Of a stretch of DNA of 64,000 nucleotides, positions 38,731 to 48,074 are shown piece after piece. Each line of letters opens with the position of its first letter. The first letter of the stretch is position 1. Both the position numbers and the translations under genes were made by a program. Under the pieces are notes generated by a model. The model had not been told where the DNA came from, did no database searches, and saw nothing but the letters and a program-made list of their open reading frames with translations. Origin of the DNA: Escherichia phage BEU50; the sequence record OM632671.1, one strand, 5' to 3'.

Positions 38731-38771
38731 AGACCTGTACCAACAAACAACTTAAACATCTGGAGAATAAA

Positions 38772-39137
38772 ATGAACTACATCAACTTCGAACGTAAATA
38801 TGTTTCTAACGGTATCGCTGGTTCTTCTGAAGTTATTTGCTTATGGAAACACGAAAACGGTACAGTTTGTGAAATCGAACAGTGCATGACTCCTAATTAC
38901 GTTTATATGCGATTTGAAAACGGTATCACGGTTTCAATCACGATGGAAGGTTCAAATTTTAAAATTGCATTAGATGATGATTTCCGTCAGCGTGATTTAG
39001 GTACTCATCCTTGCTGGAATGGTGTTAATCGTAAACTTCTGGTTAAAACTTGGATTCGTCATATCCTGAGTAACCGAGCTAAACCTGAACATCTCGAAGC
39101 AATCTTTGATGTAGTTCTTAACGAATTTGATATCTAA
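38772..39137 (+). CDS. hypothetical protein (30.x cluster)
   Basis: 121 aa, RBS CTGGAGAA. Confidence 0.5.
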   Translation: MNYINFERKYVSNGIAGSSEVICLWKHENGTVCEIEQCMTPNYVYMRFENGITVSITMEGSNFKIALDDDFRQRDLGTHPCWNGVNRKLLVKTWIRHILSNRAKPEHLEAIFDVVLNEFDI

Positions 39138-39145
39138 ATTAATTG

Positions 39146-39161
39146 GGAGCTTCGGCTCCCA
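39146..39161 (+). other. intercistronic stem-loop GGGAGC-TTCG-GCTCCC without T-run
   Basis: perfect 6 bp stem with UUCG loop just upstream of RBS. Confidence 0.4.
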
Positions 39162-39172
39162 CTGAGGAAATT

Positions 39173-39787
39173 ATGTTTAAAGTTAATACTTTTTATAAAA
39201 TGAATTTTAAAAATGGGGATATTACTCCACGCCTTAAAAACATGTTCTCATATGACCTTATCGAGCCTTTTGAAGTTTTAGAAGTTACTGATGCCGGCTC
39301 GGTTTGTGAAATTAGAACTTCTGAAGGTAAAATTTATCAGGCAGGTGTTGGTAAATTCAGTAATTGTTTTTCTTTAATATTCTCGACCGATTTAGATGAG
39401 CATTTTATTGAATGTCCTAACCCTAAGGTCTATGAAGTTCCACATCAAGAAACTAAGAAAAATGGACCGCACGAATATACGAAGGTTGAAACTCCTCACG
39501 GCGTGATGTGGCGACATAACTCTCCTTTTGGAAGTAAAGGAACATTTGCTCAACTGGCTAAGCCCTACGACGATGAAAAATATGTAGTAGTCCTTTTATC
39601 TGAACAGGGTACTCAAGACCGTGGATGCCAGCGTTCCGGTTTATTGAGTGAACTCGAAGCTCATAACCTAGCACGTGAATTCGTTGAGAAAAATCCTGGT
39701 TCTGAAGCTCTAGTCATGAAAGCAATTACTCAATATATCACTGCTCAACCTGTTGTTCATCCGGTAGAAATTAATTTCATTAAGTAG
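39173..39787 (+). CDS. hypothetical protein (30.x cluster)
   Basis: 204 aa from ATG 39173 with RBS GAGGAA. Confidence 0.5.
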   Translation: MFKVNTFYKMNFKNGDITPRLKNMFSYDLIEPFEVLEVTDAGSVCEIRTSEGKIYQAGVGKFSNCFSLIFSTDLDEHFIECPNPKVYEVPHQETKKNGPHEYTKVETPHGVMWRHNSPFGSKGTFAQLAKPYDDEKYVVVLLSEQGTQDRGCQRSGLLSELEAHNLAREFVEKNPGSEALVMKAITQYITAQPVVHPVEINFIK

Positions 39788-39841
39788 TGTACATCCAAGG
39801 ACGGATTAGAGTATAATGATTTCTTTAGTAAGTGGAAAAAT

Positions 39842-40039
39842 ATGAAATTTTTAATAGCACAAACAGTCCAATTAAAAGGTGTTGGAATCCCTGGGATGAT
39901 TTTTAAAGTTCTCAACGAATTTAAAACTGCCGCTGGAATTATCAATGAAGCGTATGCTGTTCAATGGGTTGATGGGACTTCTGACATACGTATGGGTAAA
40001 GAGTTATCTCCTATTAAAGGGTTGAAACATGTTGAATAA
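39842..40039 (+). CDS. hypothetical small protein
   Basis: 65 aa ORF. Confidence 0.4.
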   Translation: MKFLIAQTVQLKGVGIPGMIFKVLNEFKTAAGIINEAYAVQWVDGTSDIRMGKELSPIKGLKHVE

Positions 40040-40247
40040 ATTAATCCAGAAATTGTTTGGTACGGAAATGATTGAAGTTACTTATCGTGTAACCGACGTT
40101 TTTCCATATTACGCGGAAAACCGTTTAGAACCATACGTTACGTCAATTAAAATGCCTAAAAATGACAGAAATTTATCTATCGAAGACCGTATACCTGGAT
40201 ACGGACATTGGGCTGATGTTGAAATTATAAGTGTTAAAGATGTCTGA
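40029..40247 (+). CDS. hypothetical small protein
   Basis: 72 aa ORF. Confidence 0.4.
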   Translation: MLNKLIQKLFGTEMIEVTYRVTDVFPYYAENRLEPYVTSIKMPKNDRNLSIEDRIPGYGHWADVEIISVKDV

Positions 40248-40698
40248 ATTAGAAATAAGAAGTAATTTCAAATGGCCGTCATGTGCATTAAGTAACTTTG
40301 CTCAATGGCCTTTTGTTATGGATGGTATTCAATTCGGAGGTCTTGAAGGATTTCTCCAAGGATGTAAGGTGAAAAATGTTGAACAACAAAGACGTATATT
40401 TGGGTTGTCTGGATTGGCTGCACAGCAAGCTGGAAGGTCTTACGCAAGAGCTCAGGACCGTGGGACTCTCTTCTGGTTCGGAGTTCCATTTTCAAGATAC
40501 TCCGAAGCGTGGAAAGAATTATACACAAATGCATATTTTGAAGCCGCGATCCAAAACAAGGGGTTTCGTGATGCCTTACAAGCCTCTAAAGGAAAAATTT
40601 TGAAGCACAGCATGGCCAGCCACCTAACAAAAGATGATACAATACTAACTGAAGATGAATTTATTGACGTGTTAAACCTATTAAGAGACTCTTTATGA
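40240..40698 (+). CDS. NADAR-domain (YbiA-like) protein
   Basis: 152 aa from ATG 40240; LSNFAQWPFVMDG…LEGFLQGCKV resembles YbiA FSNFAAWPIKVDG…SEHYFQAQKF. Confidence 0.65.
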   Translation: MSELEIRSNFKWPSCALSNFAQWPFVMDGIQFGGLEGFLQGCKVKNVEQQRRIFGLSGLAAQQAGRSYARAQDRGTLFWFGVPFSRYSEAWKELYTNAYFEAAIQNKGFRDALQASKGKILKHSMASHLTKDDTILTEDEFIDVLNLLRDSL

Positions 40699-41510
40699 AG
40701 CCTACTATTTTGACTGATATTGATGGTGTATGTTTAAGCTGGCAATCTGGACTTCCTTATTTTGCCCAAAAATATAACCTTCCATTAGAACATATTTTAA
40801 AAATGATTCAGGACGAAAAATTTATTTCTCCTGGTAAACTGTTCAATACCGACGATAACCTTGGTAAACAATTAATAGAAAAATATAATAGCTCTGATTT
40901 TATTCGTTACTTAGCGCCTTATTCTGATGCTCTTCGAGTTATCAATAAACTAAAAGAAGACTATAATTTTGTAGCCGTGACGGCGCTAGGTGATTCAATT
41001 GATGCTCGATTGAATAGACAATTTAATTTGAATGCTTTGTTCCCAGGCGCTTTCTCTGAAGTAATGATGTGTGGTCATGATTCTTCAAAGGAACAATTAT
41101 TCGAACTAGCTAAAACAAAATATAACGTAATTTGTTACGTTGACGATTTAGCTCATCATTGTGACCATGCGGCAGAAATTCTTAATGTACCGATTTATTG
41201 GTTGGCTCGTGGTGAACGTGATGCCATTCCTCGTACTGCACAACGTGTACACACGTGGGATGATATTGAATCTCGTTTGGTTCTGCCTAAGAATAATTCA
41301 GATTCAGATCGTGAAGACCTTTTAAAACGATTGGCGGATTTGCTTAAAGAATCTGGTGCAACAAGTCCAGGTGCATGGCCTAATCAAATTGGCGCTCCGT
41401 CGAATCCGTATACCTGGCGAACCCTAGGACCAACCGATATGCAGCCATGGTGGACGATTCAAAACTTTCCTTTAGATTCGTCTAAATGGACTTGGTCTAT
41501 AAATTGTTAA
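40695..41510 (+). CDS. HAD-superfamily hydrolase-like protein
   Basis: 271 aa; N-terminal LTDIDGV motif. Confidence 0.55.
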   Translation: MKPTILTDIDGVCLSWQSGLPYFAQKYNLPLEHILKMIQDEKFISPGKLFNTDDNLGKQLIEKYNSSDFIRYLAPYSDALRVINKLKEDYNFVAVTALGDSIDARLNRQFNLNALFPGAFSEVMMCGHDSSKEQLFELAKTKYNVICYVDDLAHHCDHAAEILNVPIYWLARGERDAIPRTAQRVHTWDDIESRLVLPKNNSDSDREDLLKRLADLLKESGATSPGAWPNQIGAPSNPYTWRTLGPTDMQPWWTIQNFPLDSSKWTWSINC

Positions 41511-41519
41511 GGGATAATT

Positions 41520-41789
41520 ATGTTTGTAGTTCATGATATTACAGATGGCAAAAACACCACACGTGACTACGGTCATGTTAACATGTTCTTTCGAGACTGG
41601 CCATTGTTTCGTTCAGTAAAAGACGCAGAAATATTTAAAGAGTGTGTTGAACAAGGGTTCATCTACATTTCAGAATATTATGTTGAAGGTCTCGGTAAAT
41701 GGATTACAACTTATCAGAAAACGCTGAAATCGCTTCTAGATGAAGTGGCTTATAATAGAACCGTAACCAAAATCGAGGACATCAAATGA
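41520..41789 (+). CDS. hypothetical small protein
   Basis: 89 aa ORF upstream of ligase. Confidence 0.45.
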   Translation: MFVVHDITDGKNTTRDYGHVNMFFRDWPLFRSVKDAEIFKECVEQGFIYISEYYVEGLGKWITTYQKTLKSLLDEVAYNRTVTKIEDIK

Positions 41790-43279
41790 TTTTAGATATT
41801 TTAAACCAAATAGCTGCGATCGGTTCTACTAAAACAAAACAAGAAATCCTTAAGAAAAATAAGGACAACAAATTACTTGAACGTGTGTATCGTTTAACAT
41901 ATGCACGTGGTATCCAGTATTATATTAAGAAATGGCCAGGACCAGGTGAAAGGTCCCAAGCATATGGTCTTCTTGAATTAGATGACATGTTGGATTTTAT
42001 TGAGTTCACATTAGCCACTCGTAAACTCACCGGTAATGCCGCAATTAAAGAGCTCATGGGTTATATCGCTGACGGTAAACCTGATGATGTAGAAGTCCTT
42101 CGTCGTGTAATGATGCGCGACCTTGAAGTAGGTGCTTCAGTGTCTATCGCGAATAAGGTGTGGCCTGGACTTATTCAATTGCAACCACAGATGTTAGCAT
42201 CTGCATATGATGAGAAATTGATTACTAAAAATATTAAATGGCCTGCATTTGCTCAATTAAAAGCCGATGGTGCTCGTTGTTTCGCTGAAGTTCGCGATGA
42301 TGGTGTTCAATTCTTTTCTCGTGCTGGTAATGAATACCATGGTCTTACCCTATTAGCAGATGAATTAATGGAAATGACTAAAGAAGCTCGTGAAAGACAT
42401 CCTAATGGGGTTTTAATCGACGGTGAATTAGTTTACCATTCATTTGATATTAAAAAGGCTGTGAGCTCAGGAAATGACCTGTCGTTCTTATTTGGTGATA
42501 ATGAAGAATCCGAAGAAGTACAAGTTGCGGACCGTAGCACTTCAAACGGTTTAGCAAATAAATCTCTTCAAGGGACTATTTCTCCTAAAGAAGCTGAAGG
42601 TATGGTTCTTCAAGCCTGGGACTATGTTCCTTTAGATGAAGTCTATTCTGATGGCAAAATTAAAGGTCAGAAATACGATGTTCGTTTTGCTGCTCTTGAA
42701 AATATGGCTGAAGGCTTTAAACGAATTGAGCCAATTGAAAATCAGTTAGTTCGTAATCTTGACGAAGCTAAAGTGGTTTATAAAAAATATGTTGACCAAG
42801 GTCTTGAAGGTATTATCCTTAAAAACCGTGATTCATATTGGGAAAACAAACGTTCTAAGAACCTAATTAAATTTAAAGAAGTTATTGATATCGCTTTAGA
42901 AGTTGTAGGATACTATGAACACTCTAAAGACCCTAACAAATTAGGTGGTGTCGAACTCGTATCACGTTGTCGTCGTATTACAACCGATTGTGGTTCAGGG
43001 TTTAAAGATACAACTCATAAAACAGTTGATGGTGTAAAGGTTCTTATTCCTTTAGATGAGCGACATGATTTGGACCGTGAACGATTAATGACCGAAGCTC
43101 GTGAAGGTAAATTGATTGGACGTATTGCTGATTGTGAATGCAATGGTTGGGTTCATTCTAAAGGACGTGAAGGCACTGTAGGTATTTTCCTCCCAATTAT
43201 TAAAGGGTTCCGTTTTGATAAAACAGAAGCGGATTCGTTTGAAGACGTATTTGGACCACGGTCCCAGACAGGTTTATAA
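41786..43279 (+). CDS. 30: ATP-dependent DNA ligase
   Basis: 497 aa; motif I KADGAR. Confidence 0.9.
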   Translation: MILDILNQIAAIGSTKTKQEILKKNKDNKLLERVYRLTYARGIQYYIKKWPGPGERSQAYGLLELDDMLDFIEFTLATRKLTGNAAIKELMGYIADGKPDDVEVLRRVMMRDLEVGASVSIANKVWPGLIQLQPQMLASAYDEKLITKNIKWPAFAQLKADGARCFAEVRDDGVQFFSRAGNEYHGLTLLADELMEMTKEARERHPNGVLIDGELVYHSFDIKKAVSSGNDLSFLFGDNEESEEVQVADRSTSNGLANKSLQGTISPKEAEGMVLQAWDYVPLDEVYSDGKIKGQKYDVRFAALENMAEGFKRIEPIENQLVRNLDEAKVVYKKYVDQGLEGIILKNRDSYWENKRSKNLIKFKEVIDIALEVVGYYEHSKDPNKLGGVELVSRCRRITTDCGSGFKDTTHKTVDGVKVLIPLDERHDLDRERLMTEAREGKLIGRIADCECNGWVHSKGREGTVGIFLPIIKGFRFDKTEADSFEDVFGPRSQTGL

Positions 43280-43467
43280 TGAAAGCTTATTTAGAAACAG
43301 TTATTGTAGCTAAGAAGGATGGTGGAGATGTTTCCACCTCTTGCTCTCAGATTATATTAGATTTTCCTAATAACGATTCCTATCATATTTTTATGGACAA
43401 TTTCGATAAGTACGAAAAAGGCTCTAATTTTGAAGTTTATCGTACTTTGCTTCCGATTGTGGATTAA
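43279..43467 (+). CDS. hypothetical small protein
   Basis: 62 aa, ATG overlaps ligase stop. Confidence 0.4.
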   Translation: MKAYLETVIVAKKDGGDVSTSCSQIILDFPNNDSYHIFMDNFDKYEKGSNFEVYRTLLPIVD

Positions 43468-43487
43468 GAGCCTTCGGGCTCTTTTTG
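43467..43487 (+). terminator. hairpin AGAGCC-TTCG-GGCTCT plus T-run
   Basis: perfect stem, UUCG loop, TTTTTGG. Confidence 0.65.
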
Positions 43488-43522
43488 GCATAAATATAAA
43501 TTATTACTAAAAGGAAAACACT

Positions 43523-45610
43523 ATGTCTGAACAATTAAATGAAGTGTTTGAATCTGAAGGCAGTCTTCCTGTCGTCAATTTGAACCCTAAAGCTAAAGTT
43601 CCACAAGTCTGGAAAATTGGTGATATCGATACAAATATTGTAGTTCGTTTATTCTCTTACCTTTCCGAAGGCGACGCTGTAAAACAAGTTAAACTTGGCG
43701 ACAAATACGCTCATGTTGTTATTATGAGTCTGTCTGAAAAGGGTAATCTCGCTGAATTGAAAAATGGCCTTGGTCCTGCTCCTATTGATGCAATCAACAC
43801 CATTTTCAATACAGTATATGAACAAGTTAAAGCTCTTCGTATGGATGCAGTTCTGTTCCGATTCCCTACCAAGAAATTGAAAGGACGTGGACAACAGCTT
43901 CAAACTCTTCTTGCTCGTTTAGTTTCTACTAAAACCGGTGGTCGTTTTAAAGTATTGTCGGCAATGTATCAATTCACAGGTAAACACACCTATGTGATGA
44001 TGGTTCGTAAAAATGCCAACATTGAAGATATTAAAGGCATCCCTAACATTAACACAGAGTTGTACACGAAAGTAGATTCTGATGTTGGCGAAGTTTATGT
44101 GAGTAAAAAGACCGGCGAAAAAGTCACCAAAGAAACGGCTATCGCTGGTTCTATTGCTGCTGTAGAAGAAAAACGTAAAGATAAGCCTGTTATTGCTCGT
44201 ACTAAAATTTCTCGTCGTGCTATTGCCGCAAGCCAATCTTTAGAAGCTGACCGCCAAGAAGGTGAGTTATTCCAGAAATACGAAAATTCTGCTAAAGAAG
44301 TTAGTGGCCCGGCTACAGCCGAATTACTTCCTGAAGCATATGAAATCGTACTAGCCCAAGCATCATCCACAGCAAAAGGCACTTTAGTTGCTGATATCGA
44401 AAATAAGATTTATAATCGTATTGATGAATCCTTTAGATTTGCTGATGAAGTTTCTTATGGTAGTGTTATTAAGCCAACTTTAGAAAAGTTTGCTAAGAAA
44501 ATTAAAACTGAAAAAACAACATCTGTTAAAGCATTAGCTGCTTTTGTTGAAGCTGCAAACGAAATTGCGGACTCTATTAAAGACGAATGGTTTGAAGATT
44601 TTAGACGTGATAATTTCCAACTGGCCGACGATGTTTTAGCTGAAGTATCTGAAAAAACTTGGAAACAACGTAAATCAGCGTTCTTGTCTAATGTGATGTA
44701 TACTTATGCACGAGAATCGGCTAGAGGCACCTTTAATATAACAATGAATCGGGACCCTAAACAATACTCTGTTGCTGAAAAACGAGCTATTCGCGAATAT
44801 GCCTCTTCTGCGTATACCGATATCAATAATATGTTGTTAGGTCGTTATAAACCAGATTTTTACGATGTTGCAGATGAAGATGAAGTTAAACGCGCTATTG
44901 ATGGTCTTGATTCGGCGTTTTTAAATGGAGACCGTTTACCTGAAGGACTAACGTTATATAGAGCTCAGTCTATCAGAATGCCTATTTACGAAGCAATGGT
45001 TAAAAATAAGGTATTCTACTTCAGAAACTATGTTTCCACTTCACTAGCTCCTATTATTTTCGGTGGGTTTAAAGAGAACGTTGCCCTTGGACTTGCTCCT
45101 GAAGAAGTTCGCAAAGAGCTTAACATTGACAATAATGACGAAGGTGTTACCATTTCTCCTAGTCAAGTAAGAACAGCTATGCATGCGCCAGAACAAATCC
45201 GTGTTAACGTTGGATGGGCTATTGATGGCGCCCATAAAGTTAACGTGATTTATCCAGGACAGTTGAGTAATCACCCTAATGAGCAAGAAATTATTTTGCC
45301 TAGAGGCATTCTCTTGCAGATAAATAAAATTACAGATGCGTCATCTGACACCGGTGCAGGTTTAGAATCCAACCTTAAATTTATTCAAGCTGAAGTCATG
45401 TCCTCGGACCAGTTGGACGAAGCTGTCATTTACGATGGTGATGTTCTCATGGAAACAGGCGAGGTAGTTGCTATGACGGGTGAAATCGAATCAGATGAGC
45501 CGGTATCTTTTGCCTCATTTGTAGAAAAAACTAGTGCACCTAAAGGTTTGAAATTGTTAGCATCTTTAATGGATTTAGAATCAGTTCCGTTTAAATTTAT
45601 CCAAGGATAG
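43523..45610 (+). CDS. alt: Alt ADP-ribosyltransferase (packaged)
   Basis: 695 aa; ART-like R/STS/E arrangement (LYRAQS, STS, QEIILP); position next to gene 54. Confidence 0.8.
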   Translation: MSEQLNEVFESEGSLPVVNLNPKAKVPQVWKIGDIDTNIVVRLFSYLSEGDAVKQVKLGDKYAHVVIMSLSEKGNLAELKNGLGPAPIDAINTIFNTVYEQVKALRMDAVLFRFPTKKLKGRGQQLQTLLARLVSTKTGGRFKVLSAMYQFTGKHTYVMMVRKNANIEDIKGIPNINTELYTKVDSDVGEVYVSKKTGEKVTKETAIAGSIAAVEEKRKDKPVIARTKISRRAIAASQSLEADRQEGELFQKYENSAKEVSGPATAELLPEAYEIVLAQASSTAKGTLVADIENKIYNRIDESFRFADEVSYGSVIKPTLEKFAKKIKTEKTTSVKALAAFVEAANEIADSIKDEWFEDFRRDNFQLADDVLAEVSEKTWKQRKSAFLSNVMYTYARESARGTFNITMNRDPKQYSVAEKRAIREYASSAYTDINNMLLGRYKPDFYDVADEDEVKRAIDGLDSAFLNGDRLPEGLTLYRAQSIRMPIYEAMVKNKVFYFRNYVSTSLAPIIFGGFKENVALGLAPEEVRKELNIDNNDEGVTISPSQVRTAMHAPEQIRVNVGWAIDGAHKVNVIYPGQLSNHPNEQEIILPRGILLQINKITDASSDTGAGLESNLKFIQAEVMSSDQLDEAVIYDGDVLMETGEVVAMTGEIESDEPVSFASFVEKTSAPKGLKLLASLMDLESVPFKFIQG

Positions 45611-45639
45611 TTTACAAACACATGGATGTGTGATACTAT
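45610..45639 (+). promoter_or_regulatory. T4-type early promoter
   Basis: GTTTAC, 18 nt, TACTAT. Confidence 0.55.
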
Positions 45640-45668
45640 CATCCCATAAACAACATGAGGAAAACGTT

Positions 45669-45962
45669 ATGAAATCTATGCTTCGCTTTAATGGTCAAGA
45701 ACTAGTAGTTGAAGATGCTATCCCAGCGGATGATGTTTTTAACGAAGCTGTGATTGACGAATTGAATCGAGTATTCCCAGGTGCATTCCATATTGCTATG
45801 GAACCTCTTAAAAACTTTCGTGACCCTGAGCACACTGATCAAATTTTTATCGGTGTAGTGACAGGTCATTTAGAAACAGAGGTACCAATGGTCGTATTAG
45901 TTAAATACTCTAAAGATGATACTCCATTCCGAGCACCAGCATTCCTTTCATTCCGTAAATAA
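45669..45962 (+). CDS. hypothetical small protein
   Basis: 97 aa from ATG 45669 with RBS GAGGAAAA. Confidence 0.45.
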   Translation: MKSMLRFNGQELVVEDAIPADDVFNEAVIDELNRVFPGAFHIAMEPLKNFRDPEHTDQIFIGVVTGHLETEVPMVVLVKYSKDDTPFRAPAFLSFRK

Positions 45963-45969
45963 ACCCCTA

Positions 45970-45995
45970 AAGGGAGACGTTGTCTCCCTTTTTCT
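45970..45995. terminator. bidirectional terminator GGGAGAC-GTTG-TCTCCC with flanking A/T runs
   Basis: between convergent ORF 45669-45962 and gene 54. Confidence 0.65.
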
Positions 45996-46957
45996 TATAG
46001 TCCTAAAACTCTTGACGCAGAATTCACCACACCTGTCAATGTGTTTATATTAGACACGCCACCAGCAGTCCCACCTAATCTAGAAAGTCTTGATACTGCA
46101 CTTCCTAGACCAGAATCATTCTGATTATTTCCAAACATTCCTGAAACACTACTAATAAGTCCTGATTCCAACCATTCTAAAGCAGCCTGTCTATTTACAG
46201 CACCTGATTGCATAACGCGATAAGCAAATGTTACATCAAAAACTGTTATCTGATTATCACCATCATATGTTAACTCAGGAGAAGAGACACTAACAGGAAT
46301 ACATCCGGTGAACATGACAGCGGTATGTGGTAAACCATTTCGTGCATGTAAATTAACCTGAATATCTGCTTCGACGTCTTGTGGTAAAGCACGAAGACCT
46401 GTTACAGGGTCTTGGACTGAGTTTACCCAGTCTTGCATTGCTCTAAAGTTAGATGCTTCGGAATCCATTCTAAAGCTTATTACTAACGGGTCCATTTCAC
46501 GACCGGTAATTCGGATGTTCGGGGAGTTATAGTTGAAATCTGTTTCATACGATAATCGGTTCTCAGGCATTTTTACAGAATAAATCATTAAACCTGTATT
46601 ATTATATGCCATATTGAAGAAGTCTATCAGATAAGCTCCTACCGTGAACTCACCTAACAAGCTTTGTACCGTACGTTGGCTCATTGCTCCAATCAGATAT
46701 TTACTTATACCCGATTTTCGAATTAATTTCTGTGTTCCTGCTGTAATCAGGGTTGTTACGCCCTGATTGATATCACCTTGAGACAATCCTAGCCAATCGG
46801 AATCCAACCCTAAGTTATTATAAGCAAAACTACCAATTGACGAAATTAGTGAAGACGATTTGGTTGATGGTGTAGTAGCAAATACACAACTAAACATATT
46901 GTTTCGTTGGAAATCTGCATTTATAGCTTGGTTATTAAATTCTTCTAAAGAGTACAT
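45995..46957 (-). CDS. 54: baseplate tail tube initiator gp54
   Basis: 320 aa; order 54-48-29-28-27-51 as in T4. Confidence 0.85.
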   Translation of the reverse strand: MYSLEEFNNQAINADFQRNNMFSCVFATTPSTKSSSLISSIGSFAYNNLGLDSDWLGLSQGDINQGVTTLITAGTQKLIRKSGISKYLIGAMSQRTVQSLLGEFTVGAYLIDFFNMAYNNTGLMIYSVKMPENRLSYETDFNYNSPNIRITGREMDPLVISFRMDSEASNFRAMQDWVNSVQDPVTGLRALPQDVEADIQVNLHARNGLPHTAVMFTGCIPVSVSSPELTYDGDNQITVFDVTFAYRVMQSGAVNRQAALEWLESGLISSVSGMFGNNQNDSGLGSAVSRLSRLGGTAGGVSNINTLTGVVNSASRVLGL

Positions 46958-48066
46958 TAGAAAGTCCCCGCATAAAGTGAAGAACGGTTTAATGTAATAA
47001 TTTCTCGCATTGTTATCTCTAACGTAAATGTCGATGGTAAGTTAGGAGCAACAGCGAGACCATTAAATTGTCCATTTGGAGTTTTATCAAAACGTACGCT
47101 TTGAATTTGACATGGGCCAAATACATCAGTTAACCCGTCAAATTTAGACGTGTGTCCAAAGTTTTTAACCATCCAAATTGTAGGGTTGCTTACAACTAAT
47201 ACATTTGTTAATGACGCAGTAATCTTTTCAAACAATGTCTTATTTTTTACTGCATCGTCTGGTGTCATAGGCTCAATAAACGTTGAACGGTACCATTCGT
47301 CTAAATAACTTTTAATCTCTTGGGCGTATTGTGATTTACCTGTCTCACCATATGAGAAATAGTTAAAATATTGGTAAATGTTTATAATAGCCATAAGGTC
47401 TTCAGTTGAACGTGGAGTTAAATCCCATGTAAAGACTTTAGTACGGTTCTCAGCACCGCCATACATACTACGAGAAGTCGTATAAATCTGTTCGTTATTA
47501 TCAGCCATAAGCCCTTGAGTAATAGAATCTAATGCACCAAAAACTGCAGTAGAAGCAATGTTACTTAAAACACCTGTAGCAGTACCTCCACCTTTAGTAA
47601 TAAGGCTATCACCTATATCATTAAAACGATGTGAAGTTGTATCAACGTCAGATTTGGAACGTGGCAAAAGTATATTAGCAACAGGAGTTTTATTTATAGT
47701 AGACTTATTAGCTCCGGCAGGAAGCAATCCATTTGAGAATTTAGTCACCGCATCTTTCACATTATCAGTTAAATCTGATATGATACCGTTAGATGAAGTC
47801 CCGGCGTATGCCGGACGTAAATTCCTGAGGGATCCTGAATCGCGTGCAGACATATTGTACGCGGTAAATAATAATCCATTCTTATAAAGGTCTGTTACCT
47901 GGAAGTCTCCTGTGGAGTCATTTCCGGCTGCTCTTCCTGTAGGAAATTGAGCAACATAAGTTTTAGTAGTTGTTTCGGTTTTAGTGCTTTGCCCAGCACT
48001 TTCTGATACTGGGATTGCTTTATTTAAATCCTTTGCATCTACTACTATTTCTTTTACACTAATCAT
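46957..48066 (-). CDS. 48: baseplate tail tube cap gp48
   Basis: 369 aa; synteny. Confidence 0.85.
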   Translation of the reverse strand: MISVKEIVVDAKDLNKAIPVSESAGQSTKTETTTKTYVAQFPTGRAAGNDSTGDFQVTDLYKNGLLFTAYNMSARDSGSLRNLRPAYAGTSSNGIISDLTDNVKDAVTKFSNGLLPAGANKSTINKTPVANILLPRSKSDVDTTSHRFNDIGDSLITKGGGTATGVLSNIASTAVFGALDSITQGLMADNNEQIYTTSRSMYGGAENRTKVFTWDLTPRSTEDLMAIINIYQYFNYFSYGETGKSQYAQEIKSYLDEWYRSTFIEPMTPDDAVKNKTLFEKITASLTNVLVVSNPTIWMVKNFGHTSKFDGLTDVFGPCQIQSVRFDKTPNGQFNGLAVAPNLPSTFTLEITMREIITLNRSSLYAGTF

Positions 48067-48074
48067 AATAATCC

